In this document: in pieces, positions 9,352-18,853 of the stretch | How positions within the stretch are numbered: position 1 is the first letter of the stretch | Layout: every line of letters starts with the position of its first letter | Made by a program: the position numbers and the translations under genes | Notes under the pieces: generated by a model | The model's input: the letters and a program-made list of their open reading frames with translations, nothing else | Told to the model about the DNA's origin: nothing | Databases searched by the model: none | Assembly (NCBI GenBank): GCA_045541735.1 | Contig: JAZQJQ010000138.1 | Span: 11,034 to 75,033 of the forward strand | Length of the DNA: 64,000 bases | From: Eubacteriales bacterium | Lineage (GTDB): Bacteria > Bacillota > Clostridia > Oscillospirales > CAG-272 | Direction: 5' to 3'

Positions 9352-9827
9352 AACTTATAAAAGCATCAATAAACGAATATTTATGTGCTGCCAAAATATA
9401 CGAAGCTGTTAAAGGCAGTACGTTCTGTGCGTGGGACGAAAACTATCCAACGGCTGACAGAGCAAGAATGGATGCCGAGGCCGGATGTCTTTATCTTCTG
9501 AAAGACAGCGAAAATGTTATAGGCTGCGCATCAGTCGAACCGATATCAGAGGATAACGATCTGCCCTTCTGGAAAATAAACGATGAAACGCACCGCGAGA
9601 TAGCGAGAATTGCAATATCGCCCGAACATCAGGGCAAAGGCTATGCAAAATCAATGGTAGGAATATTACTCGACGAGTTAAAAGAAAACGGAGTTCGCTC
9701 CGTACACTTGCTTGCCGCCAAGATGAACCCCCCCGCACTGAAAACGTATCTTGCACTCGAATTTGATATCCTCGGTGAATGCTTCCGCTACGGTCACGAA
9801 TACTTCGTATGCGAAAAGCTGCTTTAG
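9348..9827 (+). CDS. GNAT-family N-acetyltransferase
   Basis: 159 aa with acetyl-CoA binding motif-like segment IAISPEHQGKGYAKSMV. 4-nt overlap with the upstream gene. Confidence 0.7.
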   Translation: MKLIKASINEYLCAAKIYEAVKGSTFCAWDENYPTADRARMDAEAGCLYLLKDSENVIGCASVEPISEDNDLPFWKINDETHREIARIAISPEHQGKGYAKSMVGILLDELKENGVRSVHLLAAKMNPPALKTYLALEFDILGECFRYGHEYFVCEKLL

Positions 9828-9870
9828 GCGATCACCCGCAACACTTGATTTCCATATCTTTAATAACAGC

Positions 9871-9903
9871 ACACCGCCCCGTGAAAGAATCACGGGGCGG
9901 TGT
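9871..9903. terminator. GC-rich hairpin between convergent genes (probable bidirectional terminator)
   Basis: Perfect 14-bp inverted repeat acaccgccccgtga / tcacggggcggtgt with a 5-nt loop. U-runs are weak. Confidence 0.5.
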
Positions 9904-9923
9904 CTTGCTATTGAAATGTAAAT

Positions 9924-12900
9924 TTAATTCTGTTCTGCGCCGTAGGCGATAGCGGCATCGCCGTACTTCATCATTGCCTTTACAAGATCGCCGATGACGT
10001 CATCGTTCTGCTTTTTATACGCATAGCTTTCAACGCTGTAGGTAAGGACCTTACTTACGGCATTGCCGTCGGCATCACGTACCGTTGCCTTGATGATCTC
10101 GGACATATGGGTTGCGGAGAACTTATCGAATTCCACTACGTACCAGCCGTAAGTCTCGTCATAGCCGAACTCGTCTATTCTGTACGTGTGTCCGTACATC
10201 TCGACCTCTACGTAAAGTCCGGTAATATCCGCAGCTTCAAACTTCATCTCAACAGTGATGTTTTCTCTCAGTTTAAGCGCGGCGGACTTCCACTTTGCCG
10301 TTTCAACTGCGGGAGCATCAACTCTGTCGGTTACGTTTTTGAACTCTCTGGTGTCCTGAGTACCCCAAGCCTTCTGCGCATCGGTAAGATCCGCATTTGC
10401 AAGGGCATCGGTTCTGTAACCGGTGTACTCCTGAGTTGCGGAACCGTAGTTGAGAAGATCAACGCATACCGTTGCAAGTGCGGTCTTTTCGGTGCACTTC
10501 TTGAGCTGATTGTAGCAGTATTTTGCTACGCTGTAGCTTACGCTGTTGCTTGCGTGATCCTCGCCGTTAAACGCAGCGTGGAGAGTTGCGGTTATCGTAT
10601 CGTTCATCCTATCGGGTGTAAGATTCTTGAACGCGAATACGTATACCTCGGTCTCAACTCCGCTTACCATCATCGTTTCTACTGTGTAATCGCGTACGGT
10701 GTAGGTGTTGCCGTTAAATTCGAACACCGCGTAAGCATCTGTAAATCCTGCCGCGTCCATTACTTCCTTATTTGCCTTGAAGTTTACTGCAATGTCGTTA
10801 TAAAGAGAGAGTGATGCGGAAAGGAATTTGATACCGGGTAAGGTTATTGTGCTGAAGCTGTGTCCATTTTCGTTTGCATAGCTTTCTGCGGTAGAATCTG
10901 CAACACCCTGAATCGTGAGATCAGCAGATGCTTTGTAGAATACATCTAAGTCAAAAGCAGCATCCTTATTGTAAACAGTAACCGTATTCAAGCCCGTACA
11001 GTACCTGAAAGCATAGTAACCGATATATTCTACACTGTTCGGCAAAGTAACGCTTGTGAGAGCCGTGCAATATTCAAAAGCATAGTCACCTATCATAGTT
11101 ACACCGCTGGGTACTGCGTAACTTGTTTCGGTCTTTCCTGCAGGATAAGAAACAAGAGTGTTCATATCCTTGGTAAACAAAACTCCGTTTACGTCCACAT
11201 AAGCGGTGTTACCGTCCGTAGCGTAAATATTGGAAAGGTTGGTGCTATCTGCAAATACACCAATACCAAGCGTAGCAACATTTACCGGTAATTCTATCAT
11301 TGTAAGTGCCGAGCATTTAGAGAATGCACTGTTTCCGATAGATGTTAAGCTTGTGGGAAGCTCTATATTTGCAAGCGAAGAGCAGTACATAAACACATTG
11401 TTACCGATTCGGGTTATTCCCTCGGGTATCTCTATATCGGTAAGTGCGGTGCAATAATAGAATGCTCTGTTACCGATGCCGGTCACGCCGCTTTCGATAA
11501 CAACGGATCTGATCTCAGCCTTATATGCAAGCCAAGCGGTAGATGCGTTTGCAAAATTCTGCATATCGCCGGTGCCGGAGATCACAAGGCGACCGGTAGC
11601 GGAATCAAGCTCCCATACAAGACCGTCGAGCAGACCGCAATAACCGCCGATAGCAACGTCTGTTTTTGTTTCAAAGCAGCCTGTGCAGGTATATTCTTTG
11701 GTGTTTTCACCAACCACAACGCCGTCATCCCACTCGTGATCGGGAAGCTTATCAAGCGTTTCGGTGCGGGTTTCGCCGCAAGCGCAGGTAAAGAGCTTTT
11801 CGCCCAACGAAGTGTGGGTAGGCTCTGTTGTAACGGTGCCTTCGTCCCATTCGTGGCCTGCAAGCTTCTCTACAGCTTCCGTACGTGTATCACCGCAGAT
11901 GCAAGTGTAGGTCTTTACACCCTCGGCCGTATGAGTAGGTTCGGTCGTAACAACACCGTCATCCCATTCGTGGTCCGCAAGCTTTGCAACGGCCTCTGTC
12001 TTTGTATCTCCGCACGAGCAGGTAAAGGTCTTAACGCCCTCTGCTGTGTGAGTGGGCTCGGTAGTAACAACACCGTCATCCCATTCATGGTCTGTAAGCT
12101 TTGCAACGGCTTCAGTCTTTATTTCGCCGCAGATACAGTTAAAGGTCTTAACACCCTCCGAGGTATGGGTGGGTTCAGTTGTAATAACACCGTCATCCCA
12201 AATGTGTGTTGTAAGCTTTGCAACAGGCTCGGTTTTGAACTCACCGCATACACAGTTGAAAGTCCTTTCACCCTCTGTGGTATGAGTAGGTCTTACGGTG
12301 ATCAATCCGTCGTCCCATTCGTGCTCAGCAAGCTTATCCGCGGGTCCGGTGCTTGTTGCGCCGCAGGAGCAGGTATAGGTTTTAACTCCCTCGGTCATAT
12401 GAGTAGGCGCGGTGGTAATTACGCCTTCATCCCAATCGTGAGGAATAACGGGTTTAACTTCTGCATCGCAGCCGGAACAAATTACAGGCTGTGTGCAGGT
12501 AGCATCTATTTCATCGGTGGGGATCAGCTGAACTGTGTCAATAATACCCAGAGCCTCTGTAAGGATCTTGAAATATGCCTCGTCTTGTCCGCTTGCACCG
12601 CTACCATCCTTTTTATATTGGATTGTAATTATATCACCGGCAGACACGCTGATAGATCTGCTTGTTTCCGTAGTATTACCGGATATGGTATCTACAGATA
12701 CACCGTTTTTGCATATTATCAATTTATCCCAACCCGATTCGCTTGAGACGTAATATGCAATTTCGATCTCGCAATTGTGCTCGACGTTGATAGTGAACGT
12801 TGAGGTTGTGCTATGCGCCTTGTTTGTGGACGTGTACAGTCCGCTTGAAAGCCTAAACGGATATGCCTTGTCGTTTTCAATTGTGTAAAGAGTAGCCTCT

Positions 12901-15900
12901 ACGCGCGAGCCAAACTGAACGTAATGATGGCCAATCGGCTCAACAGGCTCTTCCTTTGTTGCGCCGCAAGCACAGGTAAAGGTCTTTACGCCCTCTGTAA
13001 AGCACGTCGGCTCTGTGGTTATAACACCGTCATCCCAAGTATGAGGTATGACAGCGACCGGCTCGGTATACGTTTCGCCGCAAGCGCAGGTAAAGGTTTT
13101 TACTCCCTCGGTGCTATGTGTAGGCTGAGTAGTAACACTTCCTTTCCAGGAGTGGGGTGCTGATTCTACGTAATCGCCGCAAACAAGGCAGCTACCCGTG
13201 TGGTTAGCTTCACCAAGGCTTGTAAATTGATAATTATGATAACTTACAGATGCACTATTGCAGCTATACTTCCAAGATGAACCCTTACTTACGCTGCCCC
13301 ACTCGTCAGCCGTTCCGCAGTACACAATCTTGGAAAGCGCAGAACAGCTGTATATTGCATAAGTAGCAATGCTCGATAAGCTGTTAGGCAAAACGACTTC
13401 TTTCAATTTACTGCAATAATAGAATGCATACTGTCCGATATCGGTCACACCTTCGGCGAGGGTGACGTTTACAAGATTATTGCAATTGTAGAATGCACCG
13501 TACAATAATTTACCGCCGGTTACGGTTACGGACGTGAGTGACGAAGGTATGTAATACGTCGTTGAGGATGAACTGTAACTCTGTTTTGTAGAAACACCGC
13601 CCGTGTAGCTCTTGGTTCCGAAGATATAACCGAACAAAGTAGAGGCACTCGCAGAGGTTGCGGTTCCCGAAGTTCCGACAAACGGTACGGTCAAGCTTTG
13701 GAGAGAGCTGCATCCGCTGAAGGCATGAGAACCTACGGAAGTGACGTCTTTTCCAAGAATAACGCTTGTAAGATTGCTGCAACCGTAAAATGCTCCGTAC
13801 AGTATTTCACCGCCCGTTACCGTAACAGAGGTAAGTGATTCGGGGATATAATACGTCCTTGCAGATGATGAGGAATAATACTGAGTTGTGGCAACTCCGC
13901 CGGTATAAGACGTAGTGCCAAAGATATAACCGAACAACGTATCGTAGCTTGAATACGATCTAAAAGCAAAAGTGCCAACGAAAGGCAAAGTGATACTTGT
14001 AAGTCCGCTGCATCCCGCAAACGCACCGCTGCCTATGCTTGTTACGGTATCAGGTACAGTAACGGAAGTAAGTGCACTGCATCCGGAAAAAGCACTGCTG
14101 CCTATGCTTGTTACGGTATTGGGTATTTCAATCTCCGTCAAGGACTTGCAGTTTGTGAACGTTCCGGAGGCGATGCTTGTTATTCCGCTCGGTATATTTA
14201 TATGCGACAAAGCACTGCACCCGTAAAATGCATTGGATCCTATACTTGTTACACTATCAGCCATAGTGATAGCTGTAAGTGCAGTGCATCCGGAGAATGC
14301 ACTTGCTCCGATACTTGTAACACCGCCGGGTATAACAATACTTAGAAGTGCACTACATCCCAAAAATGCCTTGTCGTAAATAAATCTCGTGTTTTCCGAT
14401 ATTACGAATTCTTCTGCGCCGGTATTTAGAACACCGATAAGCACAAGATAGGGATTGGTCGCATCGCCCAAATACCTGCCGTTGTTATATACGTTGTAAT
14501 TAAGGCTTGCGCAGCCGTTAAAAGCGTCAGCACCAAGAACGGTCAGACCGCTCGGGATCGATATACTTGTAAGTGCGCTGCATCCAGAGAATGCAATGCT
14601 ACCAATGCTTGTTACGCCCTCAGGTATAGAAATGCGCACCAAGCTGCTGCAACCGCGAAACGCATAATCACCGATGCTTGTTACGTTTTCGGGAATGCTT
14701 ATAACAGTCAAGCTGCTGCAACCGTCAAACGCACCAGCGCCGATGCTTGTAACGCTATCGGGAATGCTTATACTTGTTAAATTGCTGCAACCGTCAAACG
14801 CTCTATAACCGATACTCGTGACTCCGCTTTCAATTTTTACAGCCTTGATATACGATTCATATTCAAGCCAACCCGAAGATGAAGACAAGCTGTTCATTTC
14901 GCCGCTGCCGGAAATGACAAGAAGTCCGCTTTCGGGATCAAGCTCCCATATTAGATCACCCAATACTCCGCAATAAACGTTGCTTACAGACTGCGTTTCA
15001 ACAGTTCCGCAATGCACGCAGGTAAAGGTCTTTTTGTTAGTATCAGCTATTACTCCTTCGTCCCATACGTGTATCGGCTCGGTTTCGGTGTAGCTGCATA
15101 ACGTACATTTGTAGTACTTGGTGCCGTCTGCCGTCTGAGTAGGTTCTGTCTGTCCGTTTTCAACTATATTGTGGAATTGATTGCGGTAATCGTCATACCA
15201 GTCTGTTGTATTAAAAGAGATACCGCAGGAGCATGTACACACCGCGTATCGAAGATCGCCGCAAATGGGGGGAGCTATTTCACAAGAAAAATCGTGTGTA
15301 TGTGCAACAGGGATGGGATTTCCGGTAGTTTCTCCAACGTACCTGTTAGTCGTATTGGTTCCCCACTCCGTATAGGAATAAGTGTAAGATACAGATCCTA
15401 CGTCAGCCGTACAATCATAGATACCGGTAGGAGGAGTATTAATGTAATTACCCACGAAAGCACCAACGGAAACTCCGCAGTAGTTTTTCGAGGAGCTGTG
15501 AACGCTCGTTGCCGTTACGTTCGAGTAATATATAGTTCCGGTATTCTTACCTACAAATCCCGCAACGTATCCCTGATAACCGTTCGTATCGGAAGAAGAC
15601 ATATAAGCGGCAAAGACTTCTACGTATCCATTAAAATCGCAATACTTTACGGTTCCCCTGTTGTCACCGATCACACCGCCCGCTCTTGCCGCAGTATCTG
15701 CCCGTAAATATCCGTCTGCAGAACACTTTTCCACGCGGCCGTGATTTGTTCCGGCAATAACACCGATGCTGTCGTAAGACGATCTGCTGTTCACTCCGCC
15801 TTCAAAAGTACAGTTATAGATAACTCCGTGATTTATGCGGGCAATGCCTGCTTCAGCAACAAGCTCAGCGCCTTCCTTGGTTATTACGGAAAGATTCTCC

Positions 15901-17270
15901 ACAATGCCGTAATTTTCCGCAAAAATACCGTTTATTATAGCGGAGGTATATACGTCCTTAAGAGCATACCCGCAACCGTCAAAATGCCCGTAAAATTTAC
16001 CCAGAGATATTATCTCATCCGTAAATATAATATCCTTAGTAAGACGATAGTATGCGCTGTTTCCAAGCTCCGGTATTGCTCTGAATGCAGCTTCGCTGTC
16101 TATCAGGTATGGATTCTCCTTGGTTCCGGCACCCATTGGCCTTGCATAATGGAAGGTGAATACGTTACTGTACATTCCGTCCTTATATGCAACCGCCTTT
16201 ACAGTGGTCGTGCTGCTTATAGTAAAGGGCGATACGTAACACTTGTCGTATATCGTAGGTGTTAAACCGTTAAGGGTATAATAAATGCTGACATTCGATA
16301 CGTCGGAGGAAAGCGATATTGACGTAGTTCCGGTTAACAAAACGTCGGTTTTGGAAGAGGAGACCGTAGCATTCAATGCGCGCCTTAAAACCGGATATCC
16401 GTTATTAACAGCAGAATTTGTATGTGCGACCCACTCGCTGTCGGTGTTGGAATTTTCGCCGTTTAAAAGAATGACAAAATCAAGGCTCTTCATATACTCG
16501 GTCGTTTGGCCGCCAGCGGCGCTGCTTGACTCAACTTCGCTGTTGTAATAAGAGTTCTTGACCGTTCCGAGAGTAATAGGGTGTTCTTTGCTGGAACCGT
16601 ACCTGCTGCCGCCGGAAGCAGACACGGAAACAACAGCATAGGAATTCGTAACAGTACCGGAACCGGCAATTCCTCCCGCCAGATATCCGTCGGGGCAGGA
16701 ACCGGTCACAGAACCGAAAGCTGCGCAGTTAACGATCGTTCCGGAGTTATATCCCGCAACGATACCCGTACCTCCGCAGCCGTATGACGAGTCTTTACCG
16801 CAGGAATTGTTTATCGTGCCGGTTACTATGACACCGCTTATGGTTCCATAATTAGAACACGCCAAAACACCGGTACCTTGATATGATGAAACCGCATTCT
16901 CCATCGCTACCGTGTTTGTATAGTAAAAATTCTTCAACACGCCCTTGTTTGATGAGCAGAAATACGTTTGAGCTGTGATCTTATGAAAATCACCGTCGAG
17001 GGTAACGTTCAAGGTTCCGGGAACGTATGAAGAGCCAAGGGTGATATCCTTATCCAGCTTTATGTAAGTTCCCTCCGTGTTATACGAGCTTAATACGGAA
17101 ATGAGCTCCGCACCCGTAGAAACTACGTACGGGTCTGACTCCGTACCCGTTCCCTCATAAGTTGCAGCATACGCAACCACGGTGAAAAACGGAAACATAG
17201 TAATTACCATAACGTAAGACAGAACTACGGAAATTACCCTTTTAAATAATTCCTTAAACAATGTTTTCAT
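9924..17270 (-). CDS. Giant secreted/surface protein (2448 aa): GLUG-like beta-helix regions, chitobiase-C-like Ig domain, two BspA-type leucine-rich-repeat arrays, His/Cys mini-domain repeats, duplicated C-terminal beta domains
   Basis: N-terminal signal/anchor ...FFTVVAYA. GTESDPYVV and GTKENPYLI module starts. YYTLNGLTPT...VKAVAYKDG (chitobiase/hexosaminidase C-like). Many IPxxVTSIGxxAFxGCSxLTSI LRR units. No LPXTG, SLH or dockerin seen. Confidence 0.85.
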   Translation of the reverse strand: MKTLFKELFKRVISVVLSYVMVITMFPFFTVVAYAATYEGTGTESDPYVVSTGAELISVLSSYNTEGTYIKLDKDITLGSSYVPGTLNVTLDGDFHKITAQTYFCSSNKGVLKNFYYTNTVAMENAVSSYQGTGVLACSNYGTISGVIVTGTINNSCGKDSSYGCGGTGIVAGYNSGTIVNCAAFGSVTGSCPDGYLAGGIAGSGTVTNSYAVVSVSASGGSRYGSSKEHPITLGTVKNSYYNSEVESSSAAGGQTTEYMKSLDFVILLNGENSNTDSEWVAHTNSAVNNGYPVLRRALNATVSSSKTDVLLTGTTSISLSSDVSNVSIYYTLNGLTPTIYDKCYVSPFTISSTTTVKAVAYKDGMYSNVFTFHYARPMGAGTKENPYLIDSEAAFRAIPELGNSAYYRLTKDIIFTDEIISLGKFYGHFDGCGYALKDVYTSAIINGIFAENYGIVENLSVITKEGAELVAEAGIARINHGVIYNCTFEGGVNSRSSYDSIGVIAGTNHGRVEKCSADGYLRADTAARAGGVIGDNRGTVKYCDFNGYVEVFAAYMSSSDTNGYQGYVAGFVGKNTGTIYYSNVTATSVHSSSKNYCGVSVGAFVGNYINTPPTGIYDCTADVGSVSYTYSYTEWGTNTTNRYVGETTGNPIPVAHTHDFSCEIAPPICGDLRYAVCTCSCGISFNTTDWYDDYRNQFHNIVENGQTEPTQTADGTKYYKCTLCSYTETEPIHVWDEGVIADTNKKTFTCVHCGTVETQSVSNVYCGVLGDLIWELDPESGLLVISGSGEMNSLSSSSGWLEYESYIKAVKIESGVTSIGYRAFDGCSNLTSISIPDSVTSIGAGAFDGCSSLTVISIPENVTSIGDYAFRGCSSLVRISIPEGVTSIGSIAFSGCSALTSISIPSGLTVLGADAFNGCASLNYNVYNNGRYLGDATNPYLVLIGVLNTGAEEFVISENTRFIYDKAFLGCSALLSIVIPGGVTSIGASAFSGCTALTAITMADSVTSIGSNAFYGCSALSHINIPSGITSIASGTFTNCKSLTEIEIPNTVTSIGSSAFSGCSALTSVTVPDTVTSIGSGAFAGCSGLTSITLPFVGTFAFRSYSSYDTLFGYIFGTTSYTGGVATTQYYSSSSARTYYIPESLTSVTVTGGEILYGAFYGCSNLTSVILGKDVTSVGSHAFSGCSSLQSLTVPFVGTSGTATSASASTLFGYIFGTKSYTGGVSTKQSYSSSSTTYYIPSSLTSVTVTGGKLLYGAFYNCNNLVNVTLAEGVTDIGQYAFYYCSKLKEVVLPNSLSSIATYAIYSCSALSKIVYCGTADEWGSVSKGSSWKYSCNSASVSYHNYQFTSLGEANHTGSCLVCGDYVESAPHSWKGSVTTQPTHSTEGVKTFTCACGETYTEPVAVIPHTWDDGVITTEPTCFTEGVKTFTCACGATKEEPVEPIGHHYVQFGSRVEATLYTIENDKAYPFRLSSGLYTSTNKAHSTTSTFTINVEHNCEIEIAYYVSSESGWDKLIICKNGVSVDTISGNTTETSRSISVSAGDIITIQYKKDGSGASGQDEAYFKILTEALGIIDTVQLIPTDEIDATCTQPVICSGCDAEVKPVIPHDWDEGVITTAPTHMTEGVKTYTCSCGATSTGPADKLAEHEWDDGLITVRPTHTTEGERTFNCVCGEFKTEPVAKLTTHIWDDGVITTEPTHTSEGVKTFNCICGEIKTEAVAKLTDHEWDDGVVTTEPTHTAEGVKTFTCSCGDTKTEAVAKLADHEWDDGVVTTEPTHTAEGVKTYTCICGDTRTEAVEKLAGHEWDEGTVTTEPTHTSLGEKLFTCACGETRTETLDKLPDHEWDDGVVVGENTKEYTCTGCFETKTDVAIGGYCGLLDGLVWELDSATGRLVISGTGDMQNFANASTAWLAYKAEIRSVVIESGVTGIGNRAFYYCTALTDIEIPEGITRIGNNVFMYCSSLANIELPTSLTSIGNSAFSKCSALTMIELPVNVATLGIGVFADSTNLSNIYATDGNTAYVDVNGVLFTKDMNTLVSYPAGKTETSYAVPSGVTMIGDYAFEYCTALTSVTLPNSVEYIGYYAFRYCTGLNTVTVYNKDAAFDLDVFYKASADLTIQGVADSTAESYANENGHSFSTITLPGIKFLSASLSLYNDIAVNFKANKEVMDAAGFTDAYAVFEFNGNTYTVRDYTVETMMVSGVETEVYVFAFKNLTPDRMNDTITATLHAAFNGEDHASNSVSYSVAKYCYNQLKKCTEKTALATVCVDLLNYGSATQEYTGYRTDALANADLTDAQKAWGTQDTREFKNVTDRVDAPAVETAKWKSAALKLRENITVEMKFEAADITGLYVEVEMYGHTYRIDEFGYDETYGWYVVEFDKFSATHMSEIIKATVRDADGNAVSKVLTYSVESYAYKKQNDDVIGDLVKAMMKYGDAAIAYGAEQN
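10860..11650 (-). repeat. BspA-type LRR array 2 (coding, approximate bounds)
   Basis: Units such as IEIPEGITRIGNNVFMYCSSLANIELPTSLTSIGNSAFSKCSALTMIELP. Confidence 0.6.
11657..12440 (-). repeat. Six full plus one partial 117-bp (39-aa) tandem coding repeats
   Basis: Successive HEW/HDW repeat starts at 12440 and 11738 are exactly 702 nt (6 x 117) apart. Unit consensus HEWDDGVVTTEPTHTxEGVKTFTCxCGxTKTEAVAKLxD. Adjacent units are nearly identical. Confidence 0.85.
13290..14980 (-). repeat. BspA-type LRR array 1 (coding, approximate bounds)
   Basis: About 20 units of the (I/V)xIPxxVTSIGxxAFxGCSxLTS(I/V) pattern. Confidence 0.6.
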
Positions 17271-18700
17271 TTTACTGCATCTCCACTGTTAAAATTATAT
17301 ATTAACGAGTCTAAAAGCTCGCATCTGGCTGTTAAAAAGTCCGTTATCTGCTTTATTTGATCTACGCTTGCATTCGGCGCATCCGGGTAAAGCGTTGTTT
17401 CGTATTCATAGCATTCAAACGGAATGGACGAAATAAACTCACTGTACCGCGCAATAAGCTTTTCGGTAGCTAAGATATCCGACCTAAGCTCAGTATATCT
17501 TAGTTTAAAGCGCTCCGTATAGTTATTAAGTATTCTGTCCCACAGTAGGTTGTCCGTTCCCGAGGAGATCCTTCCCTCCTCCGTAACCGAAGGTAACGAG
17601 AAGTCGAACGGTAGATACCCGCTTCCGTCGAACACCAGTCCGCAGGCAGTGTCAAGATCATACAAATTCGGGATCCAGCGCTCGCCGTCGTAGGTAAGCA
17701 GGATCATATTTTTTGAAAAATTATCCGTTAGACCCAAAACGTAAGCTGTGATCAAATAGTCAATTGCCGCATCAACGTCAAGATGCTTTTCTATGCCCTC
17801 GGTAAAACTATCTCCGTCGTTTTCCATTACAAAACCGATAAGCCTATCCAAGCTGATATAAGGAGCTTCGGAGCTTTCATCGTAAGCATATTCAAGATCA
17901 AAAACTGCGGCTTTATCCTCTTCTGTCATCAACGACCTGAAGTTTGCGGCATCGGATCCGATGCTGTTTATTACGAACATCGCTTCGTTTTTATCATCAG
18001 CAATATCATAAGTAGAGTTATCCTTGGGAATATTGAAGGTGTACAGTCCCTGATATCTTCCGTTGATGAACAAGGCAACGGGAAATCCGTCAAGCCCGCC
18101 GGCAAATTCCAATCGCGCAATGTTATTATCAAGTTTTTTTCTGCTTAAAACCACGTCGCTCCAGATATTAGAAGAAACGATGTTTCTTGCACTGCTAAAG
18201 TCTATGTAATTCGCTTTTAAGTAATATTTATGGGTTGCATCCCATCCGTTTATGGAAACGTCGTTTTTTTCGTGCTTCTGATCGCTTTTATAAAACTGAA
18301 GCGTGTAATTTTTCTTATCAAAGAGTATCGAGGTATGTCCCTGATACCTAACGTTAACGTGAGACTCAAATACGGTATCGCTATCGTAATACTTAGCATA
18401 CAGCATAACCGCGGAGTCTTTGGCTATTCCGTCGATATTGCCGTCCAAATAAAGCTGCGGCAGTTTGACCGTTGCGTTGACCGTTTCGGTTATTTCAAAA
18501 TGGCATTTTACGCAATGCTTCACCTTTTCTCCGGGTCTGAAATCAGAGGGAGCAACCGTTTCCTTGAACTCCGAAAATGAGTGCTCGCATTCGGCATCCT
18601 TATGATCCGACAAAACGGGGGCGAGCAAAACAGTACCCGATATCAATAACAGCAACGTTACAAAAGAAACGACGTTACCGAGTTTATCGTGCTTTTTCAT
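17267..18700 (-). CDS. CotH-family atypical protein kinase, secreted or membrane-anchored
   Basis: CotH-like segments KYYLKANYIDFSSARN and NFSKNMILLTYDGERWIPNLYDLDTACG. N-terminal TM/signal MKKHDKLGNVVSFVTLLLLISG. Start moved to ATG 18700 behind SD gggaggg. Stop overlaps the start of the giant gene (ATGA at 17267-17270). Confidence 0.8.
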   Translation of the reverse strand: MKKHDKLGNVVSFVTLLLLISGTVLLAPVLSDHKDAECEHSFSEFKETVAPSDFRPGEKVKHCVKCHFEITETVNATVKLPQLYLDGNIDGIAKDSAVMLYAKYYDSDTVFESHVNVRYQGHTSILFDKKNYTLQFYKSDQKHEKNDVSINGWDATHKYYLKANYIDFSSARNIVSSNIWSDVVLSRKKLDNNIARLEFAGGLDGFPVALFINGRYQGLYTFNIPKDNSTYDIADDKNEAMFVINSIGSDAANFRSLMTEEDKAAVFDLEYAYDESSEAPYISLDRLIGFVMENDGDSFTEGIEKHLDVDAAIDYLITAYVLGLTDNFSKNMILLTYDGERWIPNLYDLDTACGLVFDGSGYLPFDFSLPSVTEEGRISSGTDNLLWDRILNNYTERFKLRYTELRSDILATEKLIARYSEFISSIPFECYEYETTLYPDAPNASVDQIKQITDFLTARCELLDSLIYNFNSGDAVK

Positions 18701-18741
18701 ATTACCCTCCCATCTTAATCGTATAATACTCCATATTATAT

Positions 18742-18770
18742 ATAATATCAACCTAAATTTATTTAGTCAA
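18742..18770 (-). promoter_or_regulatory. Putative sigma-A promoter of the CotH/giant-protein operon
   Basis: Minus strand TTGACT - 17 nt - TATTAT. Confidence 0.35.
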
Positions 18771-18814
18771 GCGATTAAAAAAAAATATACAGTTGAACAA
18801 GCTAAAAACATGAA

Positions 18815-18850
18815 AAAAGGCTCTGTTTCCAACACGGCACAGAGCCTTTT
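18815..18850 (-). terminator. Rho-independent terminator ending the T-box operon
   Basis: Inverted repeat aaggctctgt / acagagcctt, followed on the minus strand by TTTTCATGTTTTT. Confidence 0.6.
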
Positions 18851-18853
18851 AAC

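Noticed and set aside
11657-12440. Regular 117-bp repeats as a possible CRISPR or non-coding array.
   Set aside because: The repeats are contiguous without unique spacers, are in frame, and sit inside a 2448-codon ORF.
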